From an uncultured Acidobacteriota bacterium (lineage in GTDB: Bacteria > Acidobacteriota > UBA6911), in contig CAWEJX010000008.1 of the NCBI GenBank assembly GCA_963809485.1, forward strand, positions 320,001 through 384,000: a DNA stretch of 64,000 nt, written 5' to 3'. Position 1 is the stretch's first letter. The number at the start of each line of letters is the position of its first letter. The position numbers and the translations under genes are program-made. The notes below the pieces were generated by a model, which had not been told where the DNA came from, searched no databases, and saw only the letters and a list, made by a program, of their open reading frames with translations. Of the stretch, positions 39,701 through 49,850 are shown one piece after another.

Positions 39701-41419
39701 ATGAAATTGCGTATCGCGGTCCTTGCAGTTTTGTGCATAGGCCTTGTTTGCAGTGTTTCAATGCAGAGCAATCAGACCTATGCGCAAGGGAAGAAATCAG
39801 CCTCGGCCAATGGACCGGTGGTCATGCCGAAAATAACGGTGCTCAATCCGATGGGAACGCCGCCGCCGATCACGTTGATCCCTCAGGCGCCGCGCCCGAA
39901 CACGCTGGACGGCAAGACTCTCTACTTTATTAATACCGGCTATATAGGGACCGATCGTCTTATGGCAGTAATGTCCGATTGGTTTAAGGCCAACTATCCC
40001 AAAACCAACATCGTATATAAAGACTATAAAAGCGGGGCCGGATTGGCCGAGCTGAGCAAAGAATTGTGGGCTGAGGTTGCTGAAAAAGGAGACGCCGCAA
40101 TCGTCGGGCTGGGCCATTGAAGTCTCTGTGCGCCAGCGGCGGTTCGCCTCTCTTTTGATATCGAATCCAAAATGAAAAAGCCCGCAGTGCCCCTCATCCT
40201 GACCGATTTTGAAAAACAGGAAAAAGAGGTGGCTTATAACCTCGGAATGCCCAATCTGCGGATCCAATTTTTCCGCGGCCCGGTCTGGGGTAAAACGAAC
40301 GAGCAACTCAAGAAGCAGATTGTGGAAGGAAACAATCCGATTACGGGGAAACCGGTGATGCCGGAGCTGGTGGAAAAACTGACCAAACCCCTGACGGCTG
40401 AAGAACAAAAAACCGGAGAAGTGAAGCAGAATCTGGGACCGAAGACTTATACAGGAACGCCCGACGAACTCCAGAAGTTATTTCTCGAAAAAAGATACAC
40501 GGACTTCCTGCCCGTGGTATTGCCCACCGAAGATAAAGTCGCCGAAATGCTGAAGTTCACCAGCCACGAACCCACCAAGGTGCTCGGCAAAATGAATCCC
40601 GGGTCCGAGGCCGGCGAAAGCTGGACCTATACGGTAAAGGATGCAGCCGTGAGCGCAGTCATGGCGGGCGCCAAACCGGAATATTTCCCGGTCATTCTGG
40701 CATTGGGCTCAACCGGCATGACGGCCGTCAACGTTTCCGATAACGGCTTCATGGCGGGTGCCGTAATCAATGGCAAGATCCGCGACGAAATCGGGCTTAA
40801 TTACGAAGAGGGCGCCGTAGGCCCCTATGCCCACGCCAATACGACCATTGGCAGAGCCTGGAGCCTGCTGTCCATCAATGGCGGAAACTGCGGCAAAGTC
40901 GGAACAACCTATATGGGCACGATCGGAAATCCAATGAACCTGATCGGGATCATCATGGCCGAAAATGAAGGGAAATCTCCCTTCAAGCCGCTGTCTGTGA
41001 GGCGCGGATTTAAAGAAGGTGAAAACATCGTCACTCTATTCATGGGATGGGGCATTCTTTCCGCCAAGAACTGGGCCGCAACTATTTGGGGGCCCAACAT
41101 GAACTATCCCGAGATTATCAAGGAGATCTACAGTACGCAGGACGGACACTTGTTTGGAACTTGCGCCGTTCTGAGTCCGCCGATCGCCAATTTCGTCAAG
41201 GACGCCGGATACGATACCGTGGAAAAGTTTACGGAATGGGTAACGGGCCAGCCGATTGGAGCCAAGCCCGCCGCTCCCCGCGGAGCGGAGATCAACATGG
41301 GCGTTCGCAAAGCCGGAGGGATGTTCACCGTCATCGTCACCGGCGGATCCAACAACAACTACTTCAGCATGGGCGGCATGGTGCCGGCCCAGTCAGTCCA
41401 GATTGATAAGTGGCGGTAG
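39701..41419 (+). CDS. Exported UGSC-family selenoprotein (572 aa, Sec140, motif USLC)
   Basis: ORFs 39662-40120 and 40172-41419 are in frame across TGA 40118-40120, giving AAIVGLGH-U-SLCAPAAVRLSFDIESKMKKPAV; signal peptide; TDFLPVVLPT, AVMAGAKPEYFPV, ANTTIGRA, AENE; GGAGG RBS. Confidence 0.88.
40121..40151 (+). promoter_or_regulatory. SECIS-like hairpin
   Basis: AG-c-GGCG[GTT]CGCC-t-CT; G-starting loop at +22 from the UGA. Confidence 0.6.
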
Positions 41420-41433
41420 TTAACATTGGGAAA

Positions 41434-41509
41434 TAAGGGACAGGCGGGGCAATGAAAAAGGCAGTTCCTGCCTGCGACGATTTCGAACGTTGCCCAGCCT
41501 GTCTCCTTA
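41434..41509. repeat. GGGACAGGC inverted-repeat doublet
   Basis: TAAGGGACAGGCGGGGCAATG ... CGTTGCCCAGCCTGTCTCCTTA. Confidence 0.55.
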
Positions 41510-41650
41510 TATCCCAACTCCATTACAGGGGGCATGGTCGACGCGACGGAATCCTCTTCCCTCCTTCGGATCCGTCCTGGAAAGGTCTGGGAGAAATTCA
41601 GTTTGACGCTACGCGGCAGCGAAAATCCTATTGCGTGACTTGCATGCTCA

Positions 41651-42332
41651 TCAGGGCGCCTGCCATACCACGGTGTCATCTTTTCCCAGGAACGTCAGCG
41701 ATGCGGCCGACCTGGCGAGGCCCTTACTTTTGCCCGAAGTTTTCCCTTGATCCGTATGGCCCAGAATAGCTTTGTATTTATCCTCATCCCTTATTTTCAT
41801 CGAACTGGAAGTCAGCAGTGTATCGGCTTCCCCTTTCTGCAGGAAAATATGTTCCGGACGCATGGACAACATCGATCTGTCATTCATTAAGGCAAGGATT
41901 GACTCATCGAGCATTGACCCCATGAGCCCCGCCGCGTTCTTAAAGGCGATCGAGGCTCCTATTTCGCGCACCACAAGGTCAAACCGTTGCACGCCGTCCC
42001 TGCTGCATATTATTCCTTCCGGCCTGATCACGGTAGAATACCTGCCGCCCAAAGAAAATTCGGATGCGGCAATTGTGGCCTTTTCAGCCTCACGCCCCGA
42101 TTTGGCGCTGAAGATAAGCGACTGGGGAGTGAGTTTGGCGCTCATATCTCCATCGCTCAATACTATTTCCCGCGCTTCTATCCGTTCCATTCTGCTTTCG
42201 GTTTTTTGCGGGAAGGACATATCCCATCGTTAAAAGTGCCCCCAGGCACAGGCACAGGCCCGACAGTGTCACCCTCATTCGCTTGTTTTGCCTCTCGAGG
42301 TTCTCGATTCTTTTAAGCAATTGATCGGTCAT
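41651..42332 (-). pseudogene. Hypothetical membrane-anchored protein with one frameshift near 42221
   Basis: MTDQLLKRIENLERQNKRMR + TM, continuing in ORF 41651-42220 (RIEAREIVLSD ... SLTFLGKDDTVVWQAP). Confidence 0.6.
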
Positions 42333-42412
42333 GATGCCCTCCTGCACATATGGCTATGAATCAACGTATGGCATGCTAAGGTTGGAATACAATTCGTTTT
42401 GATAAACGATAG

Positions 42413-42449
42413 GATTGCGGATTGCGGAAGTAATCCGCAATCCGCAATC
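42413..42449. repeat. Perfect 16-bp hairpin built from GATTGCG heptamers
   Basis: GATTGCGGATTGCGGA-agtaa-TCCGCAATCCGCAATC, just after the aldo/keto reductase stop. Confidence 0.7.
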
Positions 42450-42456
42450 TGCGGCT

Positions 42457-43601
42457 CTACGCCAGAAGGTCTTGCGCCCTGATCAGTCTGTTTCGGACCT
42501 CGACCCCATTGGGGCACCGAATAGCGCAGGCGGAGCAATCGCTGCAACGAACGGCGCGGATTTCATCCGGCAGACGCATAAAATTATTGCGTGCCTGCCT
42601 GAAGTCGCCGGCGAAATCGTTATAGGCCAGGTACCGCAATTCATCGGTGACCGGTATCCCCTTCGGGCATTTGCCTTTGCACTCATAGCACATGCGGCAG
42701 TAGAGCGGACGGATCTCCTCGTTTCGCGCAAACAGCATTTTCTCGTCCTGAGGAGTATACGGCTCCGTCATTGCCCGGAAGTTCATCTCAACCTCGCTAT
42801 GTTTTCTGCATAAGGCACGGTGGTCGATATGTCGGGATTCATTAAAACCCACTTGACGGCCGCCAGCGGCCCCTCGTTTGTCAGCACCCTCTTCCTTTTG
42901 GGGGAGGCCCGAATCCGGCCATGGCCATCGCGACAATCACTTTCATCGCCACGACGCCGATTCCCGCTTCATGCAGCTTGTGCAGGGCCGCATTGCGGTC
43001 GGAGCCTATCGGGTAGCTGTAGGTGGTTTGCACGACATCGTGTTTTCCGAGTTTTATGATTTTGTCCACGACAGCATTGATATCGTGCGTGCTGATTCCG
43101 ATGAAACGCGTCTTGCCCTGCTTTTTCAGCATTTCCTGGGCTTCGACCGCCTCGTCGGTTATCGAATCCGGCGTGTCTCTGGCGTGCAGATGCCAGATGT
43201 CGACATGATCCGTCCGCAGCGCCTTGAGACTCTCGTCCATTTCCTTGAAGACTTCCGCTTTGGTCATTCCATCGGTTTTGCTGGCCAGAATGATTTTGTT
43301 TCTCCTGGCACTTGAGAGCGGCCCCGGTGATTTCTTCGCTTTTGCCCTTTTCGTACGTGCGGGCAGTGTCGAAGTAGTTGACACCCAAATCTGCGGCACG
43401 AACGAGGACCGCGGGATCGGGAATAAGGCCGACGCCGCAGCCGACACCGGATACTTTCAGGCCGGTCTTGCCGAGTACCCGGTAGCCCACTACGCCTGTG
43501 GACTGGCCAAAGGATTCCGGAGAATGAGAAGCGACAAGTCCCGCAACGGGCAAAGCAAGTCCGGTTTGGAGGAATTTCCTGCGCGATGAATCGAACTCCA
43601 T
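42457..43601 (-). pseudogene. Tat-signal aldo/keto reductase with C-terminal Fe-S motifs; three frameshifts
   Basis: SRRKFLQ; YRVLGKTGLKVS, GVNYFDTARTY, ESLKALRTDHVD, GKTRFIGISTH, GVVAMK, CRMCYECKGKCP, CSDCSACAIRCP; shifts near 43310, 42893 and 42796. Confidence 0.78.
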
Positions 43602-43822
43602 GAAGCGCTCCTTTCACAAAAAGGTCTGAAATCCCTGAGCCACGGTATCAGGCTCAAAGACCCAAACACTCCTGATGCGTCCAAAATTGCTGAAAAAGTT
43701 TTTTGATTGCTGCGCCGATGGCTATAAATCCCGGTTAAGGCCTCCATGGGCGGCACAGTGAGGTCCATACGCGATGGCGCCGTATGCGCCGCACCGGATG
43801 TCAAAGATGTGTCCAGCATATC

Positions 43823-44178
43823 ATGAAAAGGGCTCGGATCCTGCAAAATGATTCTATTGCCGGGAACAAGCATCCGTAAGGGGCCATGCGGCCATGGTCG
43901 GGATATCCGGTTGAGACAGCTGCACATCGGCCGTGAGCCGAAATTGCAGAACGCTGGAACAGAACTTTCAGATTCCCACTGTCGGAGGCGCGGCATCCAA
44001 TATCATCCAATATGCCCAGGGACACGATTTCCAGTACACCAACGGCTCGCCCATTCGATATATATCCTTTCCCTTCCCAGTGGCCGGGCAACCTCAATCA
44101 GTCCACCATCTCAAAGGCATCTATCTGAGCCTCGTCTGCCACATAAATCGGCCTGCCTCGGTGATAATTTCGTTTTGA
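43823..44178 (+). pseudogene. Decayed UGSC-family selenoprotein remnant (motif UDSC)
   Basis: In-frame GHAAMVGISG-TGA(43912-43914)-DSCTSAVSRNCRTLEQNFQIPTV...PIRYISFPFP, parallel to GDAAIVGLGH-U-SLC...IESKMKKPAV...NLRIQFF of 39701; the frame is closed upstream and truncated downstream. Confidence 0.7.
43915..43949 (+). promoter_or_regulatory. SECIS-like hairpin
   Basis: CTGCA-ca-TCGGC[CGTGA]GCCGA-aat-TGCAG: two stems, loop at +18 with G in second position. Confidence 0.6.
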
Positions 44179-44414
44179 AATACGCTGTTCATCTCCCGTA
44201 GTTTTATCAAGTCCACGCGGCGTCCGCGGTTTGAAAATTCCGGTCTATGCTGTTTTCCCTGTTCTCTGCGTTTTCTGGCGATGCTTATCTGGTGTCCGGG
44301 CACGGAGGCCGCGGGCGATCAGCTCGACGGTGCCGATCTCCCAGATCGCGGACAGCACTCCGCGATCTGGATGCATACCGAAATCCAACGGTTCTCCGAA
44401 ATCCCGGATTTACC

Positions 44415-45200
44415 TCACTTCTTTTCGCGCCTCTTGCGCGCCACGATCACGATGATGATGATGATCAGCAAGACGATTAGCCCTACTCGCAGCAGCTGGC
44501 TCATCCTCATCCCCCCGGTTTCCGCCGCTGCTGGCTCAGGAGCAGCCGGCGTGGCGGGTTCTGTCACTGCTGACTCAGGAGTGGCCGGCGGCGGAGAGGC
44601 CGAGGCCCGCAATGTCGGCGCCGGGGCATGACCCACGACCGAGGTGTCCGTGGTGATCTCCACGTCCGGCTCTTCGACGATCTTCTCGGCCGAGACCACC
44701 ATACCCTTCCTGAGCTCGAAAACGGTTGCCGAGCGGCCATCGACGGTGAACCGGATGGGGTCATCACGTTTCACCACGTATTGCTTGTTCTCGCCGTTCG
44801 CCAAGGTCAGGATAACGGTGGGCGGCGCGATATACCACACACGGCCGCTCAGGACGGATTTGGTCCGGACGGTTACGGGAGTGGTGGTCGTTTTCACCGT
44901 GGCGGTGAGCGTTGTGCCCGGCTGCAGATCGTGCACCGATAGTTCCTTGCCGTCCACGACGAATCTCCTGCTTTCCGGCACCCTGAACGTCCTGAATTCG
45001 CCGGTCGTAAGCTTGACAACGAGGTCGTTGCCCTCTACCTGCACGACCTCGCCTGTTAATTGCGAGGTGCTGACGGTCGCGCTGCCCCTCGCTGTACCTG
45101 ACGTCGCATTCTGTGCCTGGACCGCGACAGCCGCCGCGAAAAGCAGCGACGCGCAGAACACCGCGCACAGGGTGATCGAGAGCTTCGGTCTTGAGAACAT
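44415..45200 (-). CDS. Exported protein with two OB-like repeats, Pro/Ala linker and C-terminal membrane anchor
   Basis: Signal peptide; repeats F.VDG...SV.DL..G; tail ETGG...LIVLLIIIIIVIVARKRREKK; RBS GAGGAGG before ATG 45200. Confidence 0.75.
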   Translation of the reverse strand: MFSRPKLSITLCAVFCASLLFAAAVAVQAQNATSGTARGSATVSTSQLTGEVVQVEGNDLVVKLTTGEFRTFRVPESRRFVVDGKELSVHDLQPGTTLTATVKTTTTPVTVRTKSVLSGRVWYIAPPTVILTLANGENKQYVVKRDDPIRFTVDGRSATVFELRKGMVVSAEKIVEEPDVEITTDTSVVGHAPAPTLRASASPPPATPESAVTEPATPAAPEPAAAETGGMRMSQLLRVGLIVLLIIIIIVIVARKRREKK

Positions 45201-45739
45201 GCTAATCCTCCTCTTGCTCTTCTTTATGAAGTTAGGTGCTATCCCACGACTGCATGTGATGATGCTCACTATGGCAATATTTGAATCAACGAACCGCTCC
45301 TGAGGCGGATACCACACGTAGCGTCGGGCTGCCGCATCGCTGGACCGATCGCCGACGGGAGTCAGACTTGGACAACCGATGTCTTGCCGGCATGATGGGT
45401 CTTGTGGAGGGAGCTAACAGCAAACCTGTAACATGCTGAAGCTCTCGTTTTCAGCCTTCGGCAGTGCACTGCCGAAGGCTTCACGCCTCTCGTTGCTGCC
45501 AGGTTTCCAAATTCGTAAATTGCTTTTATTTTTCTTTAGCATGTTGAGAGATCAAGATAAAGCTTCGGTTTGGCCCCAAATCGCCTATCTGTTAATACTA
45601 ACAGTGGTCGGCAACGGAGGACATGCCCAAAATTGAGAAGTAAGGAATGGTCGCGGGTACTGTCGAATATTGGAGGGATTTGATTGCCTTCCGGCCGGAT
45701 CCTTTGTATCTAAGACATATCCAGAAAGGAAAAACGAAA

Positions 45740-46336
45740 ATGAATAATAAACGGCCAAGGAAAGCGATTCTTATAGCAACGGTCGCGGTTTCCTCTATCC
45801 TGCTGCTATCGGCAGTCATTTTGGGCTTTGCACAGGGCAAGCCGGAGGTCATCGAATGCACCGCCATGGGCACATCAACACAAATGGGACGAAGCTTTAC
45901 GCTGAAGATCATTATCGACGAGTACAGCACAGAGGAAGACAGAAACACCGTGATCCAGGCTTTTGAAAAGGGAAAGAACAAGGGCCTCTATGACGCTCTG
46001 CGCAAATTGCCGACCAGGGGACGGATACAGACTCCGGCTACAGTGGGTTTCGAACTGAAATTCATTAGACTCATGCCGAACAGCCCCACGGGCACCCGCA
46101 AAATCAATATTATGTCGGATCGCCCAATCAACATCGGCGAAACATACTCACAAAGCCGCTCGCTGGATTACACACTGTCTGCCGTTCAACTCGATTTGAA
46201 TGAGGATAGCAAAAAAAGCACCGGCGTCCTTCTTCCGCTTTGCGAGTTTAAACTCAATAAAAAAACCAAAGAGCTCGAAATCGAGGTCCGCAAGAATCCC
46301 TTTAAATTGCTCAATTTCTTCAGCCAGGAGAAATAG
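45740..46336 (+). CDS. Exported hypothetical protein
   Basis: Signal peptide; AMGTSTQMGR, DRPI..GE...SRSLDY, GVLLP; RBS AAGGA. Confidence 0.7.
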   Translation: MNNKRPRKAILIATVAVSSILLLSAVILGFAQGKPEVIECTAMGTSTQMGRSFTLKIIIDEYSTEEDRNTVIQAFEKGKNKGLYDALRKLPTRGRIQTPATVGFELKFIRLMPNSPTGTRKINIMSDRPINIGETYSQSRSLDYTLSAVQLDLNEDSKKSTGVLLPLCEFKLNKKTKELEIEVRKNPFKLLNFFSQEK

Positions 46337-46404
46337 TACGAGTGGCCTGCAGTATTTGGGCCGCACGAGGACAGTCACCCAGTATCCCCAAACCGGCGGA
46401 CGAG

Positions 46405-46532
46405 CCGCTCCGGCTCGTCCAGTACTATATTGCCCCGCCAGGGCGATAGACGGCCTCCTTGCGGAGCCCCTCGTCGATCGCGCTCACCAGCCCCTTCTCC
46501 ATTACCCCGGCGTTCAAAAACGCCCGGAGTCG
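46405..46532 (-). pseudogene. Degenerate fragment of a group II intron reverse transcriptase
   Basis: RLRAFLNAGVMEKGLVSAIDEG/APQGGRLSPWRGNIVLDEPER versus consensus ..RAFLNAGVME.G....EGTPQGGPLSPLLSNIVLDELD. Confidence 0.7.
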
Positions 46533-46657
46533 GTGTATATTCAGCTGGACAGCTCCTGAAGCAGCTCATTGGGTATAGCGAGGTAATGGCTACGCAATAC
46601 CGGATACCCGGGAGCGCGTTTGGGCGAACCTGACTCCGACGAGAAGGAGAGATTCTC

Positions 46658-48589
46658 ATGAAACATAGATTTACGTTGCTTGTGCTTCTCCTTGCATTGA
46701 CGTTCGTTCATGCGCAACAGGCCGTCATCTCGCCCGGCGACAATCTGGTCCTTGACGGCATCCCTCCGATTCCGCAGTCCGTTGCCGATTCTGTTGCGCG
46801 CTACACCGAATTCCGCAGCGCTGCGCTTGCCGGCTGGCGCCCGACCAGGATCGAGATGCTCATCGGTACGAGGTTCGCGGATGTCAACCAGATTCACCAC
46901 GTCAAAATGCCCAGCGGGGCGAGGACACAACTCACTTTCTTACCTGAAAGAATCGCTGAGGCTTCCTTTAATCCCGTCAATCCCGAATACTTCGTATTTA
47001 GCAAAGATATCGGAGGCGGGGAATGGTTCCAGAATTTTCGATACGACATGAGCAATGGATCGTCCACGCTGCTGACTGACGGCAAGTCGCGCAACACTCT
47101 CGGGGTTTGGGCCAGGGACGGCAGCAGAATGGCATACGGTTCGACCCGGCGCAACGGTAAGGACGTCGACCTATATGTCATCGACCCCGCAAATCCTTCG
47201 TCAGACCGCCTCCTCGCCGAAAACCAGAGCAGCGGCTGGTCTCCCGTAGATTGGGCGCCGGACGGTAAACGCATTGTGGTCCTCGAGTATGTTTCCATTA
47301 ATGAAAGCTACCTCTGGATATTTGACTCCAACACCGGCGCCAAAACGCTGGTCACTCCGAAGGATGAGAACAATCAGATCTTCTACGGCGATGCTCAATT
47401 CAGTCACGACGGCAAGGGGCTCTTTGTCACGACGGATCGGGAGTCCGAATACCGCCGCCTGGCGTATCTGGATCTGGAGACGAAGAAGCATACCTTTCTT
47501 GGCGGCAAGATCTCCTGGGATGTTGACGAATTCAGGCTGTCCCCGGACGGGAAAACAGTCGTGTTTGTTGTCAATGAGGACGGGGTCGGCGTTCTCCACC
47601 TGATGAATATCACGGGGAAGGAACTGCCTGTCCCGGCCCTCCCTACAGGATTGATCTCGGGCATTGGATGGCACCCATCGGGAACCCACCTCGGATTCAA
47701 TCAGAGCTCGGCGCGATCGCCCAGCGACGTTTACTCTCTGGAGATCGCGACGCGCAAGGTCGAGCGGTGGACGTTCAGTGAGACCGGCGGGCTCAATACC
47801 GCAATCTTCCCGCAGGCCGAACTGATCAAGTGGACTTCATTCGACGGGCGGACGATTTCAGGATTCCTCTACCGTCCGCCGTCATCGTTTACCGGAAAGC
47901 GGCCCGTGATCATAAACATCCACGGCGGTCCGGAAGGACAGGCCCGGCCGGGCTTTCTCGGCGGAAGCAACTTCTTTCTCAACGAGTTGGGAATTGCCGT
48001 TATCGCCCCCAATATTCGCGGCTCGTCGGGATACGGGAAGACATTCCTCAAACTCGACAACGGATTCAAACGCAAAGATTCGTATCAGGATATTGCAGCC
48101 CTGCTCGACTGGATCAAGACGCAACCCGGCCTCGACGGGGAGCGCATCATGGTGATGGGCGGAAGTTACGGAGGGCACGCGACGCTCGCGGTTTCGACTC
48201 AATACAGCGACAAAATCCGGTGCGCCGTGGATATCGTTGGAATGTCGAATCTGGTAACGTTCCTCGAGCGAACCGAAAGCTATCGAAGGGATCTGCGAAG
48301 GGCGGAATACGGCGACGAGCGGGATCCTGAAATGCGGGCCTTCATGGAAAAGATCGCACCGATGAACAATCTGGACAGGCTGACCAGGCCTCTGCTCGTT
48401 ATCCAGGGCAAAAACGATCCCCGAGTGCCGGCGGCCGAATCGGAACAGATCGTTGCCGCCCTGAAGAAGAGAAACACCCCGGTGTGGTATCTCATGGCCA
48501 TCGACGAGGGACACGGGTTTGCCAAAAAGAAGAACCAGGACTTCATGTTCTATGCCATCGTGATGTTCGTGAAGCAACACCTGCTTTGA
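46658..48589 (+). CDS. S9 family (prolyl oligopeptidase/acylaminoacyl peptidase-like) serine peptidase
   Basis: Signal peptide, propeller repeats, IHGGPE, RGSSGYG, GGSYGG, GKNDPRVP, DEGHGF. Confidence 0.92.
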   Translation: MKHRFTLLVLLLALTFVHAQQAVISPGDNLVLDGIPPIPQSVADSVARYTEFRSAALAGWRPTRIEMLIGTRFADVNQIHHVKMPSGARTQLTFLPERIAEASFNPVNPEYFVFSKDIGGGEWFQNFRYDMSNGSSTLLTDGKSRNTLGVWARDGSRMAYGSTRRNGKDVDLYVIDPANPSSDRLLAENQSSGWSPVDWAPDGKRIVVLEYVSINESYLWIFDSNTGAKTLVTPKDENNQIFYGDAQFSHDGKGLFVTTDRESEYRRLAYLDLETKKHTFLGGKISWDVDEFRLSPDGKTVVFVVNEDGVGVLHLMNITGKELPVPALPTGLISGIGWHPSGTHLGFNQSSARSPSDVYSLEIATRKVERWTFSETGGLNTAIFPQAELIKWTSFDGRTISGFLYRPPSSFTGKRPVIINIHGGPEGQARPGFLGGSNFFLNELGIAVIAPNIRGSSGYGKTFLKLDNGFKRKDSYQDIAALLDWIKTQPGLDGERIMVMGGSYGGHATLAVSTQYSDKIRCAVDIVGMSNLVTFLERTESYRRDLRRAEYGDERDPEMRAFMEKIAPMNNLDRLTRPLLVIQGKNDPRVPAAESEQIVAALKKRNTPVWYLMAIDEGHGFAKKKNQDFMFYAIVMFVKQHLL

Positions 48590-48670
48590 AAGCAGGATTT
48601 GCCAGTTCCGAGTTCCTGTTGCTTTTGGAATTCGTTTTGGGGGTTTTTCGGCTCCAACCTCAATCCCGTT

Positions 48671-48840
48671 TTATTTGCTCACCAGTACCTTTTGCTTGAG
48701 CTCTTCGAACCAGTTCGTGACAACGATGATTTTGCGGCGAGTTGCCGCGGCGGATGCTTCCTTTTGCGATCCATCATAGGCATTCGATGATTTCTTCATC
48801 ATCAGAAAGAGCTTGCCGTCCGGGCTGATGCGCCACGGCG
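48671..48840 (-). pseudogene. C-terminal remnant of a Ser/Thr kinase-propeller protein
   Basis: PWRISPDGKLFLMMK...KIIVVTNWFEELKQKV*, the characteristic tail of acidobacterial kinase/PD40 proteins. Confidence 0.6.
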
Positions 48841-48849
48841 TGGTATAAT
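48841..48849 (+). promoter_or_regulatory. Extended -10 promoter (TGnTATAAT)
   Basis: TGGTATAAT followed by 7 nt and then ATG 48857; no SD. Confidence 0.55.
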
Positions 48850-48856
48850 GCAGCGT

Positions 48857-49222
48857 ATGGCTGTCGAACAAACGGTGAAATCAAGAGCGAAAGATGCCTC
48901 CAATAAGGTAAAGGCGGGCGATATCGCTCGAGCAGCACGACCGGTTTTCGAACGCCACAACATAGAGCGGGCGATTCTCTTTGGATCTTTTGCCACAGGG
49001 CGACAGAGCCGAAAGAGTGACGTGGATCTGATTCTGGTCAAGAAAACCACCCAGCGTTATTTCGAGCGATTCGAGACACTGCTGGAAGATCTTTACCGGG
49101 CGCTTCCGGGCTGCGAAATTGATTGCTTTATCTATACTCCCCAAGAGCTCGCGTCGATTTCTCACAGGATTTTCGTCCGGAGGGCTCTGGACGAAGGAAT
49201 AGTTATTTATGAGCGTGGATAA
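48857..49222 (+). CDS. Minimal nucleotidyltransferase (MNT)
   Basis: AILFGSFATG....SDVDL, EIDCFIYTPQE, EGIVIYE. Confidence 0.85.
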   Translation: MAVEQTVKSRAKDASNKVKAGDIARAARPVFERHNIERAILFGSFATGRQSRKSDVDLILVKKTTQRYFERFETLLEDLYRALPGCEIDCFIYTPQELASISHRIFVRRALDEGIVIYERG

Positions 49223-49637
49223 GGAACGTTATGAAGCGGGCCGTTGGGTGGATACTGCCAGGGAAGATCTGGACGCCGCCCGCAGCCTGTTGGAATCGGG
49301 GAAGTTTTCACACTCATGTTTTTTCAGCCAGCAGGCAGGGGAAAAGGCGGTCAAGGCACTGTGGTACTTGCTCGGAGAAGATCCCTGGGGACATTCGATT
49401 CAGAAGCTGATCGCGGAGCTTCCCAATCCGGCTGCATTCAAACGATTGCAGCTGCTCATCCAGGATGGAGCCTTGTTGGACCGCTACTACATCCCTACCC
49501 GATACCCCAACGGACTTCCCGACCTGACTCCGGGGCAAGCATATTTCCGGCGGGATGCGGAACTCTGCCTCGAATCATCCCACCGTCTGCTATCGGCGGT
49601 TGCAGGATTTGCAGACGAAGCCGGCAATCCCAAGTGA
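49209..49637 (+). CDS. HEPN domain protein
   Basis: W...AREDL..A, CFFSQQAGEKAVKA, WGHSI, LDRYYIPTRYPN; overlaps the MNT gene. Confidence 0.85.
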   Translation: MSVDKERYEAGRWVDTAREDLDAARSLLESGKFSHSCFFSQQAGEKAVKALWYLLGEDPWGHSIQKLIAELPNPAAFKRLQLLIQDGALLDRYYIPTRYPNGLPDLTPGQAYFRRDAELCLESSHRLLSAVAGFADEAGNPK

Positions 49638-49671
49638 CCGCTCAACTGCAGAGAATTGGCGATTGAGATTA

Positions 49672-49850
49672 GAGATTTAAGGGGGAAAAGCATCGGATAG
49701 CTGTGTCCGAGGAAGCTTACTCTAGTTCCCCCGCTGTGCAAATGAAGTGTTTCCCTGCCCTTGAACATTGCCGACACCTTTTCGACATCCTTCAGGTCGC
49801 CGAGCAGCCTTTCCCCATCATATGGTTCGGGATTGAACAGATCCAGATTC
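49672..49850 (-). pseudogene. Possible fragment of an AbiEii-like nucleotidyltransferase
   Basis: LDLFNPEPYDGERLL...TLHL..GTRVSFLGHSYPMLFPL; weak resemblance only. Confidence 0.35.
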
